Below, in pieces: positions 19,250 through 28,967 of a stretch of 64,000 nucleotides of DNA. Positions within the stretch are counted from its first letter, which is position 1. The number at the start of each line of letters is the position of its first letter. The DNA lies in NCBI GenBank assembly GCA_045658565.1, contig JAZOVF010000031.1, forward strand, positions 128,222 through 192,221. The letters run 5' to 3'. This DNA is from Eubacteriales bacterium. Lineage in GTDB: Bacteria > Bacillota > Clostridia > Oscillospirales > CAG-272. A model generated the notes under the pieces. The model had not been told where the DNA came from, made no database searches, and was given only the letters and a program-made list of their open reading frames with translations. Position numbers and translations under genes: made by a program.

Positions 19250-20647
19250 TTATGGTTTATTTTGCTTTTTTTGGAGTCTGAGTGCTTTATCGCGCATGCG
19301 ATAATCCTTAGACCTTTTCTTTTTTACAACTGCTGAAAATATTGCAAAAATGAGAATTGTTCCTACAAGCACGGCGCTGGTTATGTGTACCCAAAGCTCG
19401 GCTGTGCCGTAAATTTTCAGCTCCTCCCAGAGAGAGTTAACATGTCTTTGAATCTCGGGAGTGAAGTTGTGATAATACAGGTCTATGTGTGAATAATTGC
19501 CCGGATCTTCATAGTTGTAAAGAAGATTGAAGATAAATTCGGACTTTTCCTCAGCCGCTTGTATCTCTTCCTCAGTGGGGTTTTCTTCATCCTCGGCATC
19601 AAGGAAGTAATCTAAGGCAAGGCATTCCAGGTACTCTGCGTTATATTCACCGTAAATATCGTCAAGCTCCGGGTCATCGTTGTAAACATATCTCGAGGGG
19701 GAAGCGTAGCCTAAGAAGAGCGCGTTTGCTATTGCCGCATCGGGGGAGAGCATAAAGTTGATATACTCCATAGCAATCTCCGGATTCTTTGAGCTTGATG
19801 GGATACACATGGCATCAACAAAGACGTTTGTGCCCTCCTCGGGGTAGTAGAAGGCGAGATTATCGTTTTCGGAATACATTGTAACAAAGTCACCGACAAA
19901 GTATGGGGCGATTGCCGCAGATTCACCGGTCATTTTATCAAATATCTCGTCGTTGACATATCCCTGTAAATACTGCTTCTGGTCTTTTAAAAGTCGAAGT
20001 GCCTCGTTCCAATCTTCTTTTTTGTCTGAGTTGATATCAATGTCTTTCCAGTACATTGCAGTACCAAAGGCATCTCTTGGGTTGTTGAACTGAAGAATTC
20101 TTCCGGAATATTTAGGACTCCAAAGAAGTCCCCAGCTACCGTCGATATCCTCCTCGTCAACCATTGTGGTGTTGTAAATAACACCTGTTCTGCCAAAGGT
20201 GTATGCCACAGAGTAGAGATTTTCGGGGTCGTAGGGCTGACTTATATAGTCGGTATCTACTGTGTGGAAGTTTGATTCGCTTTTTAACCCCTCCCAGTTA
20301 AGAGGCTGCAGCATATCCTCGGATATAAGTTTTTCAATCATATAGTCTGACGGAAAAACAATGTCGTAAGAGCCGGAGCCGCTTACAAGCTTTGAATACA
20401 TATCCTCGTTGGTGGGGTAGGTGGTATAATTTACCTTTACGGTTATACCGCCGTATTTTTCGGAAAGGTAAGTGTTGAAATAATCTTCAAACTCTTTGTT
20501 CGTGTTAAAGGAGTCGTCCGAGCCGTCGGAAATATACTCACCCCAGTTGTATACGTTAAGTGTAACGGTTTTATCATCGTTCGTACATGACGCTAATGCG
20601 AGAACCGATGTTATCAGCACAAAAATCAAGGCAGAAAGCTTTTTCAT
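19250..20647 (-). CDS. potD: spermidine/putrescine ABC transporter substrate-binding lipoprotein with extra C-terminal TM tail
   Basis: Lipobox LALASC and the NVYNWGEYI PotD-type start. Product is 465 aa with a C-terminal hydrophobic helix and a basic tail. Confidence 0.82.
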   Translation of the reverse strand: MKKLSALIFVLITSVLALASCTNDDKTVTLNVYNWGEYISDGSDDSFNTNKEFEDYFNTYLSEKYGGITVKVNYTTYPTNEDMYSKLVSGSGSYDIVFPSDYMIEKLISEDMLQPLNWEGLKSESNFHTVDTDYISQPYDPENLYSVAYTFGRTGVIYNTTMVDEEDIDGSWGLLWSPKYSGRILQFNNPRDAFGTAMYWKDIDINSDKKEDWNEALRLLKDQKQYLQGYVNDEIFDKMTGESAAIAPYFVGDFVTMYSENDNLAFYYPEEGTNVFVDAMCIPSSSKNPEIAMEYINFMLSPDAAIANALFLGYASPSRYVYNDDPELDDIYGEYNAEYLECLALDYFLDAEDEENPTEEEIQAAEEKSEFIFNLLYNYEDPGNYSHIDLYYHNFTPEIQRHVNSLWEELKIYGTAELWVHITSAVLVGTILIFAIFSAVVKKKRSKDYRMRDKALRLQKKQNKP

Positions 20648-21462
20648 CTTTTTCCACCTCCGTGTTTCTTCGGCGAATTTTTGTCCCTTTTCATGTTTGA
20701 AATAACAAGAAGAATAAATACCGCAAATACGATAAGTGTAGAGAGCGCGTACATATCAGGCGTAACCTTCTTCTTGGTCATTGAGTAGATAAGAAGGGGG
20801 AGCGTCTGGAAATTGGATGAGCCGACAAAATAAGATATTACAAAGTCATCAAGCGAAAGGGTAAACGCCATTGTCATACCCGAGATAACACCGGGCATAA
20901 TGTTAGGCAGCTTGACCTTAAAGAAGGCTTGAAGAGGAGTGCAGCCAAGGTCTAAAGCTGCCTCGGAGAGCGAGTCGCCAAGCTCGTTTATTCTCGGAAG
21001 CACCGAGAGAATAACATAGGGCAGACAGAAGGTTACGTGAGCTATAAGCATAGCCCAGAAGCCTATTGTTTCATACTCGACTCTGAGAAATCCGGCAACA
21101 GCAACAAAGAAGAGCATCATAGACATACCGGTTACGATCTCGGGATTCATCATAGGAATGTTTGTTACCGAAATAACCGATTTTCTGATAAACTTATTTT
21201 TTATTTTGTATATGCCCTCTGCCGCAGCTGTGCCGATAATAGTCGAAATAATCGAAGAGAGAACGGCAAGGATAAGAGTGTTTCTTAATGCGGTGAAGGT
21301 CTCTGCGGATGAAAACAGCTCACGGTACCAGTCAAGGCTGAAGCCTGTAAAATCTGCTGTGCTGGATGAATTGTTGAAAGAAAAGACAATAAGTGTTAAA
21401 ATCGGGATATAAAGTATGGCAAAAACGATTGCCATGTAAATTCTCCATGCATATTTTCTCAT
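20644..21462 (-). CDS. potC: spermidine/putrescine ABC transporter permease
   Basis: Six-TM permease with an EAA-like loop (EAALDLGCTPLQAF). Overlaps potD by 4 nt. Confidence 0.88.
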   Translation of the reverse strand: MRKYAWRIYMAIVFAILYIPILTLIVFSFNNSSSTADFTGFSLDWYRELFSSAETFTALRNTLILAVLSSIISTIIGTAAAEGIYKIKNKFIRKSVISVTNIPMMNPEIVTGMSMMLFFVAVAGFLRVEYETIGFWAMLIAHVTFCLPYVILSVLPRINELGDSLSEAALDLGCTPLQAFFKVKLPNIMPGVISGMTMAFTLSLDDFVISYFVGSSNFQTLPLLIYSMTKKKVTPDMYALSTLIVFAVFILLVISNMKRDKNSPKKHGGGKR

Positions 21463-22340
21463 ACTATGATACCTCCGTCTTCTCCATCGGCATCGGTGAA
21501 TTTATTCATAATAGCAAGAGAAATAAGTATAAGAACCATCATTACAAGAGAAATAGCAGCTCCCACATTGCGTGCTCCGTTGAGGAACTGACGCTCTATG
21601 GTGTCTCCGATAAGCTCAAATGTTCCGCCGCCCAGCTTTTGGGATATATAGAATGTGCTGATACAGGGAACAAGAACCATAGTAACTCCGGAAATAATAC
21701 CCGAGCTTGAGAGCGGAAGAATTACCTTGGTCATTACCTTTACAGGACTGCACCCAAGGTCGCTTGCCGCCTCCCACATGTGCTTGTCAATCTTTGAAAC
21801 ACAGGTGTATATGGGAAGAACCATATAGGGAAGAAAGTCGTAAACCATACCGAAGATTACAGCGCCTTTTGTTCCGATAATGTGAAGCACAGGCTCGTCT
21901 GTGCCGAAAATATTCATCAGTATAGAATTAACAAATCCACCGTCATCAAGCAGAGCCATTATAGAATAGGTTCTGATAAGGAGGTTTGTCCACATGGGAA
22001 GCATAAGCATAAGAATAAATATCTTTTGATGCTCGGGCTTTGACCTAGCTATCGCATAAGCGAGAGGATAACCAATAACAAGGCAGATAAAGGTTGCTAT
22101 AACCGCAAGCTCGATAGAAGTAAGGAAGATGGGAAGATAATCTCCCAAGGCAACCATGTTCCAGATAGAAAAGCTGCCCGCTTCGTCTGTAAAAGCGTAA
22201 AATAAAACTATCAAAAGCGGCAAAACGATAAAGAGCACTGCCCAAAAGATGTGCGGAGCCGCCGCGATTGAATGCATAAATGAGCGTTTCTTTTTCATTT
22301 TTTCGTAATATACCCACAGGATGCGCGGGGAAGTGCGCAT
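21459..22340 (-). CDS. potB: spermidine/putrescine ABC transporter permease
   Basis: EAASDLGCSPVKV loop. The start is uncertain (ATG at 22340 or 22298), and the longer track ORF would overlap potA. Confidence 0.82.
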   Translation of the reverse strand: MRTSPRILWVYYEKMKKKRSFMHSIAAAPHIFWAVLFIVLPLLIVLFYAFTDEAGSFSIWNMVALGDYLPIFLTSIELAVIATFICLVIGYPLAYAIARSKPEHQKIFILMLMLPMWTNLLIRTYSIMALLDDGGFVNSILMNIFGTDEPVLHIIGTKGAVIFGMVYDFLPYMVLPIYTCVSKIDKHMWEAASDLGCSPVKVMTKVILPLSSSGIISGVTMVLVPCISTFYISQKLGGGTFELIGDTIERQFLNGARNVGAAISLVMMVLILISLAIMNKFTDADGEDGGIIV

Positions 22341-22353
22341 TCTTTCTTTGAAA

Positions 22354-23472
22354 TTAGAATTCTTCGACAGCGTCTGCGTCGGAAATATAATCCATCTCGT
22401 CAGAGAAGGAGGAGTAGTCGCCAAACATACCCGAATACTTAGATTTTTTCATTATATGTATGGCATCAGGCTCAATATAAAGGCCGATAAATGCATCGGG
22501 GGCAACATAGTCTGTCGATTGAATCATCCATTTGAAGCCCTTGATGTCAACTATTATTTCATAGTGAACACCTTTAAAGGTTACACCGGTAACCTTACCT
22601 GTAAGCATACCTTTTTCGGGAGCAACAACATCAACGTCCTCGGGACGTACTACAACGTCGACCGCCTCATTTTCGGCAAAGCCGCCGTCAACACACTCAA
22701 AAACGTGTGAGGAAAACTTCACACGCTTGTCCTCAAGCATAATTCCGTCTACAATGTTACTCTCACCGATAAAGTCGGCGACAAAAGCATTTTTAGGCTC
22801 GTTATATATATCGGTAGGAGTTCCTATCTGCTGAATCTGACCGTCGGCTATAACAACAACGGTGTCAGACATAGAGAGAGCCTCCTCCTGGTCGTGCGTT
22901 ACATATATAAAAGTAATTCCAATTTCCTGCTGTATGGATTTAAGCTCGTTTTGCATATCCTTACGGAGCTTTAAATCAAGTGCACCAAGTGGCTCGTCAA
23001 GAAGAAGAACCTTTGGGTGCGATATAAGAGCGCGAGCTATGGCAACGCGCTGCTGCTGACCGCCGGAAAGTGTACTTACACTCTTGTTCTCGAATCCCGA
23101 GAGCTTAACCATTTTAAGCATTTCGGTAACACGTTGCTTTATTTCATCCTCCGACTTCTTTTTCAGTCTCAGCGGAAATGCGATGTTTTCGTAAACATTA
23201 AGGTGAGGGAACAGGGCGTATTTCTGGAACACAGTATTGATGTGTCGCTTGTATGCAGGTACATCGCTTATTTCAACACCGTCGAAATAAAGGCTTCCTT
23301 CATCAGCTGTTTCAAAACCGCCGATAATACGCAGAGTAGTGGTTTTGCCGCAGCCGGATGGTCCGAGAAAGGTGATAAATTCACCGTCTCTAATATAAAG
23401 ATTCATGGAATCAATAACCTTTTCGCCGTCGTAAGATTTAGAAATTCCTTTCAACTCAATGAGCTTATCCAT
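22354..23472 (-). CDS. potA: spermidine/putrescine ABC transporter ATPase
   Basis: [18 protein letters not shown] and LLLDEP motifs, with a TOBE-like C-terminus. Confidence 0.92.
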   Translation of the reverse strand: MDKLIELKGISKSYDGEKVIDSMNLYIRDGEFITFLGPSGCGKTTTLRIIGGFETADEGSLYFDGVEISDVPAYKRHINTVFQKYALFPHLNVYENIAFPLRLKKKSEDEIKQRVTEMLKMVKLSGFENKSVSTLSGGQQQRVAIARALISHPKVLLLDEPLGALDLKLRKDMQNELKSIQQEIGITFIYVTHDQEEALSMSDTVVVIADGQIQQIGTPTDIYNEPKNAFVADFIGESNIVDGIMLEDKRVKFSSHVFECVDGGFAENEAVDVVVRPEDVDVVAPEKGMLTGKVTGVTFKGVHYEIIVDIKGFKWMIQSTDYVAPDAFIGLYIEPDAIHIMKKSKYSGMFGDYSSFSDEMDYISDADAVEEF

Positions 23473-23564
23473 TATCTTAAAATCTCAAGTCCTTTCATAA
23501 GACGAAAGCACGTCCTTATTTGTCACAGCACGCCGAAAGAATGCCGATACTGTCGACAGCGATA

Positions 23565-23593
23565 ATTATAACAAAAACATTTCTGTTTTGCAA
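23565..23593 (-). promoter_or_regulatory. sigma-A promoter of potABCD
   Basis: Minus strand reads TTGCAA, a 17-nt spacer, then TATAAT. Confidence 0.5.
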
Positions 23594-23709
23594 TAGTTTT
23601 GACATAATTTCTTTTCTTTTTTTTCAGCAATTAGCCTTGATTAGCCCTTTTTGGGATTGTTTTTCTTAAAAAAAACGCTTTTTTTCTTTTGAAATCTCTT
23701 TTTTTCTCT

Positions 23710-24354
23710 TTAAATCTCGCTAAAACTTGAAAAAACTCGTTTTAGCCTTTCGGACACCTCGCCGACGAGCAAAACAATAAATAACCCCGCCATCCAGTAG
23801 GAGCTTCCGACCTTTCCGACAATATATAAGGAGAGCAAGGTAAGGAATACGATTAGTACGAAGGAGAAATTGTTAATGAAAGGTATAAAATGCTCTTCTT
23901 TGCCGTAATGCTTCAGCAATGAAACAATAATCCCATAGCCGTCATAGCTGCGTATAGGCAGCAGGTTTGATGCAGCTGTGATTAGATTTAAATTGATGAA
24001 AAGCAGCTTGTATTCGCTGGTAAAGATGTTGAACGGACAACACATAGCTGCGGCTAGAATGTTTGCCATAGGTCCAGATGCATAGGTGAGTGCATCCGAC
24101 AGGTATGGTGATGAATGATTTTTCTTTATTCTAAATCCCGACAGAGTGGTTCTAATTTTTAATTTGTCGCCACTTCCGATTAACAGATATGCTTCATGTC
24201 CAAGCTCGTGTAATACCGCGCATATTATTGTAAGTCCTGCCGGCACGGCTTCGTCAAATCCATAAATCATCAACAGCCAGAATAGGGAGGGTAAAAAAGC
24301 ACTAATTCGAGCTGAAAATTGTACAAAAAACTTTGAAATTTTGTGATTATGCAT
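23710..24354 (-). CDS. M50 (site-2 protease/SpoIVFB-like) family membrane metalloprotease, short form
   Basis: HELGHE zinc motif and a NLLPIRSYDGYG (NxxPxxxxDG) motif within a polytopic protein. The start is uncertain (24354 ATG or 24396 TTG). Confidence 0.6.
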   Translation of the reverse strand: MHNHKISKFFVQFSARISAFLPSLFWLLMIYGFDEAVPAGLTIICAVLHELGHEAYLLIGSGDKLKIRTTLSGFRIKKNHSSPYLSDALTYASGPMANILAAAMCCPFNIFTSEYKLLFINLNLITAASNLLPIRSYDGYGIIVSLLKHYGKEEHFIPFINNFSFVLIVFLTLLSLYIVGKVGSSYWMAGLFIVLLVGEVSERLKRVFSSFSEI

Positions 24355-24413
24355 AAAAAAACAAGCCTTTCGATGTGCAAAAAGCAGAAAACTCAAAAAA
24401 ATAACTCAAATCC

Positions 24414-24442
24414 TTGCAATTTTTTTTCTTTTATGTTAAAAT
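24414..24442 (+). promoter_or_regulatory. sigma-A promoter of the LRR lipoprotein gene
   Basis: TTGCAA, a 17-nt spacer, then TAAAAT. Confidence 0.5.
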
Positions 24443-24486
24443 TATATTACCTTATGGAAAGGGAAATTCCCGTGAAGGAGAGAAAA

Positions 24487-27400
24487 ATGAAAAATTGGTT
24501 AAAAGTACTTGTTGCAGTAGTGCTTGCGCTTACATGTATGTTTGCTTTTGCAGCCTGCGACAATTCTGACGGAGATCAGAACGCCGACCAGAGCGGTGGT
24601 GATAACATTTCAGGAGGCGACTCCAATGTGCCCGGCGGGTCCGGCACAATCGAAGACCTCGAAGAGGGATACAAGGTTAACTTCTACTATAGCTATACTG
24701 CTATCGTGGTTAATGCCAGTGACAGAACCGAGGAGAAGAATGAGCGTAAGCTTGTAGAAACAATTTACGTTCCTTACGACAACACCGGTTGGTCAGCAGA
24801 GGATCTCGCAACCAAGGATGCTATTACATACAATGGCTACAAGTTTGAGGCTTGGTATCCCGAGTGGGATGAGGAAACCGAGACCGGTTGGAACAACAAG
24901 GTTAAGCCCCAGGTTGCAGTAGGCGATCCCTACAACTTTGATAAGCCTGTTACCGATGACATTAACCTTTATGCTTATAAGGGTGTTATCGCAGGTGACG
25001 ATATTGTTTGGGATATCGTTTATGATTATCAGACCGAGGCTGCAATTACTCCTGCTGATTATGATCCAAACAGCCAGGTACTTGTAACATTTGTTTCTGT
25101 TGACAAGACTCTCAATATCACCAACAATGTGTCTCATCTGACTGTTGCCGTACCTAAAGCAACAGGTTGGGATGATGCTTTGAAAGGTAAGAAGGATGCT
25201 ATAAAGTATAACGGCTATGTCTTCACCAATTGGTACACAGCAGAAAATTGGGATGAAGAGAAAATGGAACCGACAGGCGATGCATATGCGTTCGATTCTA
25301 TTCCTACCGAGAACATTACTCTTTACGGTGTTATCGGAACTGAGGCTGATGCCAATGCTGAAGCAACCGCGCTGAAGGTGGTTGAGGGAATTCTTACTCT
25401 TACCGGTTCCGGCGCAATGTATGACTTCGCTAACAGAAGCGTTGTTGACGTTCCGTGGTATGACCACAGAGCGGATATCACCATTGTTAACATGGACGAT
25501 GAAATTACTTACATAGGTCAGAATGCTTTTGCCGGCTTTAAGTCTCTTGCAGAGTTCAATTTCCCTGAAAAGGTTACTAAGATTGGTGATTTCGCATTCT
25601 ATGAGGCTAATAGTAAGTCGTTCAAGACTCTCAGACTTCCCGAAAATATTACCGAGATCGGTGCAAATGCATTTGCTTATACTTCATTTACTCAGGTATA
25701 TCTTAACGACGCGCTTACAACCATTTCTCAGCGTGCATTCTATGCCTCTAACAATATTAAGTATATCGTTGTTCCTTCGGGACTTACATATATAGGCAGT
25801 GCAGCATTCCATCCTGGACCCGGTAACTATCAAGGAACACCTAACGCTAACCACGATTTAGCTAAGGTTTACTACAACGGTGATGAAAGCAAACTCACCA
25901 GAGCCGCTGACGGCAGCAATACTGTGACGTTTGCAGGTCTTAAGATAGAGATTGAGAACGATTGGTTCAACAAGATTCCCGCTGTTTATTCCTATTTCAA
26001 GGCAGAAGAGGGAGAGACGGTTACTGCTGAACAGACCAAGTCCTCTTGGTACTTGCTTGAGAGTAAAAAGGATGGCGTAGAGTATCCTGCACAGTACAGC
26101 TATACTGTTAAGTATATGCTACCCAATAACCTTGTTGCTTTTGCTGTTGACTATGTTACTATTAATCCTGTTTATGATGATGCAGGCAACCCTGTTCTTA
26201 ATGCTGACGGTGATGCAACGTTCCAGGGAACTGTTTCTGATGATAATATTAAGTTCATGAACGAGCTTATGCATAAGGACGGATATGGCTTCTACGACTT
26301 TGATGTTGGCGGAACTCCCTTTGAACTTGGTTCTCCTGTTACTGAGGACAGATCCATTACATGTAACCGTTACACAACTCAGGGAGGTGTAAGCACCGGT
26401 TATCTTGGCGGCGGTATTACTTGGACACTTAATGCAGGTACACTTACAGTATCTCCCGGTGATGTAGAAAAAGGAGCTACAAATATTGCATGGGATCTTG
26501 TAAACTCTGAGGCAGCTGCAACACTTTGGAACGGTAGTGCAAAGGGTCCTGCAACCATTACCAAAATCGTTGTCGAAGAGGGCGTAAAAGAGCTTGGAAA
26601 CTATGTATTTACAGGCACTGCAATTAAGGATATAACTCTTCCTGCTTCTCTTAAGACAATTGCAAGTAATGCATTTGACAACTGTACTTCTCTTCATTCC
26701 GTTTATTTTGCCGGTACAGATATCAGCGAATCTGTAGCATCTCTCGAGCTTCCCAAGGACGCAAGAGTATATGCAAAGGCTCCCGAAGCTTATAACGGAG
26801 AGATCGGTGCATACTGGCTCGAAACAAAAGTTAATGAAGATAATATTTACACTGCATGGCAGATTGATGATAAGGGTAATCTCTATGTTGGCGGCAACGA
26901 GATAATGAAGGATTATGTTGTTGCATCCGATGCTCCTTGGTATAAGGCAAAGGATAAAATAACCTCCGTTACTGTTTCAACCAACATTACCGACCTTGCT
27001 GACAACCTTGTTTCCGGATACGCAGGTGTTCAGAATATTGTTCTTCACGCAAAGGTTAAGGTTGTTCCCGAGAGTGCGTTTGAGGGAACAGGAATTGTAA
27101 ACAACCTTCACGAGTACAAGAACGGTATGCTTGTTGTTAACGGTGTTCTTATTAAGGTTGACCCTGCAAGAAGAAATAGTGAATTCTTTGCAACCAACAC
27201 AAATATTAGTGTTATTGCAGACGGTGCTTTCTCTCGTTGCGATAACATCAAGTCTGTTTACCTTGCTAACACTGTTAAATACGTCAACCCCAATGCGTTC
27301 GACGACGTTGTAGCGCTCGAAAGATTGTATATAGACAACGGTAAGAGCTCCTGGGAGAGTGCATCGTCTGAATTCGTTTATGATGTAAATAAGGTACAGA

Positions 27401-27906
27401 TTCTTCTTTCCGGTGACTGGAGAGCTCAGAACGGTGTATACAGTATAAGAAGATGTAACCACGTTTACGGTGATTACACAACCGTTAAGGAATCTACTTG
27501 CTGCGTCGCAGGCTACAAGGAAAGAGCGTGCGTATTCGGTGAAAGATGCTGTGATAACTATACCGAGGGCCAGACTCATGTATTAGATAGACAGTATCTT
27601 GAGCTTGATAAGGTTGACGGACATAACTTCTTTGTTCATACAGAAGATTATCATGATGCAGAAGGAAAGCTCCACCAAAAGTTTGCATGTAATAATACAT
27701 ACCAAACCGAGGGAGAAGATGGCGAGTTGATAGATGTTACATGTTCCGAGATAAATGATGTTGTTGTGGATATTACATTCGGAGAATATGAGTCAAACAA
27801 TGACGGAACAGAGACAGCTAAATGTACTTGCACAGCTTGTGCTAATTCCGAAACTCCGGTAACAGATACCCGTGATATCGTAACAGAAGGAACTGTTACT
27901 CAATAA
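24487..27906 (+). CDS. large surface lipoprotein with Flg_new/InlB-B-type repeats, BspA-type leucine-rich repeats and a Cys-rich C-terminus
   Basis: ATG at 24487 follows GAAGGAGAG. Lipobox is FAFAAC. Recurrent ..YNGY.F..WY.. and ..I...AF....L..I.IP..V..IG..AF blocks are present. Product is 1139 aa. Confidence 0.8.
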   Translation: MKNWLKVLVAVVLALTCMFAFAACDNSDGDQNADQSGGDNISGGDSNVPGGSGTIEDLEEGYKVNFYYSYTAIVVNASDRTEEKNERKLVETIYVPYDNTGWSAEDLATKDAITYNGYKFEAWYPEWDEETETGWNNKVKPQVAVGDPYNFDKPVTDDINLYAYKGVIAGDDIVWDIVYDYQTEAAITPADYDPNSQVLVTFVSVDKTLNITNNVSHLTVAVPKATGWDDALKGKKDAIKYNGYVFTNWYTAENWDEEKMEPTGDAYAFDSIPTENITLYGVIGTEADANAEATALKVVEGILTLTGSGAMYDFANRSVVDVPWYDHRADITIVNMDDEITYIGQNAFAGFKSLAEFNFPEKVTKIGDFAFYEANSKSFKTLRLPENITEIGANAFAYTSFTQVYLNDALTTISQRAFYASNNIKYIVVPSGLTYIGSAAFHPGPGNYQGTPNANHDLAKVYYNGDESKLTRAADGSNTVTFAGLKIEIENDWFNKIPAVYSYFKAEEGETVTAEQTKSSWYLLESKKDGVEYPAQYSYTVKYMLPNNLVAFAVDYVTINPVYDDAGNPVLNADGDATFQGTVSDDNIKFMNELMHKDGYGFYDFDVGGTPFELGSPVTEDRSITCNRYTTQGGVSTGYLGGGITWTLNAGTLTVSPGDVEKGATNIAWDLVNSEAAATLWNGSAKGPATITKIVVEEGVKELGNYVFTGTAIKDITLPASLKTIASNAFDNCTSLHSVYFAGTDISESVASLELPKDARVYAKAPEAYNGEIGAYWLETKVNEDNIYTAWQIDDKGNLYVGGNEIMKDYVVASDAPWYKAKDKITSVTVSTNITDLADNLVSGYAGVQNIVLHAKVKVVPESAFEGTGIVNNLHEYKNGMLVVNGVLIKVDPARRNSEFFATNTNISVIADGAFSRCDNIKSVYLANTVKYVNPNAFDDVVALERLYIDNGKSSWESASSEFVYDVNKVQILLSGDWRAQNGVYSIRRCNHVYGDYTTVKESTCCVAGYKERACVFGERCCDNYTEGQTHVLDRQYLELDKVDGHNFFVHTEDYHDAEGKLHQKFACNNTYQTEGEDGELIDVTCSEINDVVVDITFGEYESNNDGTETAKCTCTACANSETPVTDTRDIVTEGTVTQ

Positions 27907-27923
27907 TTAAATGGTTTAAATCC

Positions 27924-27957
27924 AAACAACCCCGATTTTTCGGGGTTGTTTTTTTGT
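27924..27957 (+). terminator. intrinsic terminator
   Basis: Stem CAACCCCG/CGGGGTTG followed by T8. Confidence 0.85.
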
Positions 27958-28065
27958 ATAGAGTCTTCTTTTTCAAAGTCGATTCAATACAAAAAGAGCG
28001 GGGAAGCCTTAAAAAGGAATCCTCGCTCATAGTATAAGTTTTTATGGTTATGAAAATATAAGTGT

Positions 28066-28899
28066 TTATAGCTCTGCTTTTAAGAGTTTTTCCTTGAGAT
28101 GGGAAACAATACCGGATTTTTGCTGGATAATAATACCCGAAGGAGATGTGACGGCAAATGTGTTTCCATTTTTATCGGAAATATGAAGAACACAGGTTTT
28201 TTTATCTACGTCAACAATCTTGCCGGTGTGTCTTTTTCCGTCGGAGAAATACCTGACCTTTTTTCCGTAATGGCAGAATTTTTGCTTATAGTAGTCCATA
28301 TGCTTTGCGGGGTTTTTTATATCCATATAGACTTTAAAAAATTTATTCAGGACAGTACGCGCAACAAGCATTGATACCGATGGGTTTTCGTCATCAAAAA
28401 CCTTACGGATAATGTCTGTAAGTCTGGGGGAGAAGAAACGGTTGTCCAGCTTCAATGCAAAGCTGACTATCATATATTCATACGATGAATAGTCGTTAAG
28501 TTTTCCTTCGATTGCAACGCCGCCGATTTTTTTGCCCTCGTAGATAATAGAGGATACCCAACCGATGCCCGCAGTCTTTGTTGTGTGCTCTTCAAAAGCA
28601 CCAAGGAGTGCAGTTGCGGCAAGAGGACCGAGAAGTCCTGCTTGAGAAGGGAAGAATGAGGGTCTCAGAATAATCGACATAAAAATTCCGCTTTCAAGCT
28701 CGCCATCAGAAAATTTTGAGCCGATGATAGGGGAGCCGGGCTGCTTTTCTGCAAAAATAACATATCTGTCAGGCTTTCCCGCACGGGCATATTCTCTTGC
28801 AAGCTCAACCGTTGAAGGCAGCTCTCTGTAATATTCGATTTTTACGGCATTACCATCGCTTGTGCGGTAGGTCGTAAGTTCGCCCGGATCGTATATCAT
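28066..28899 (-). CDS. biotin-protein-ligase (BirA catalytic + C-terminal domain)-like protein lacking the canonical catalytic motifs
   Basis: The BPL-like layout is (L)PST..LA.., ..KIGGV.IEG.. and a C-terminal SH3-like GKIVDVD...G. No GRGRxGRxW motif and no KWPND motif is present. Confidence 0.5.
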   Translation of the reverse strand: MIYDPGELTTYRTSDGNAVKIEYYRELPSTVELAREYARAGKPDRYVIFAEKQPGSPIIGSKFSDGELESGIFMSIILRPSFFPSQAGLLGPLAATALLGAFEEHTTKTAGIGWVSSIIYEGKKIGGVAIEGKLNDYSSYEYMIVSFALKLDNRFFSPRLTDIIRKVFDDENPSVSMLVARTVLNKFFKVYMDIKNPAKHMDYYKQKFCHYGKKVRYFSDGKRHTGKIVDVDKKTCVLHISDKNGNTFAVTSPSGIIIQQKSGIVSHLKEKLLKAEL

Positions 28900-28967
28900 G
28901 CGAAAAGCTCCTTCCTTTTAATTATACAATATAATTATGGATTTGTATTGGCGGGTGGCAAAGATTT

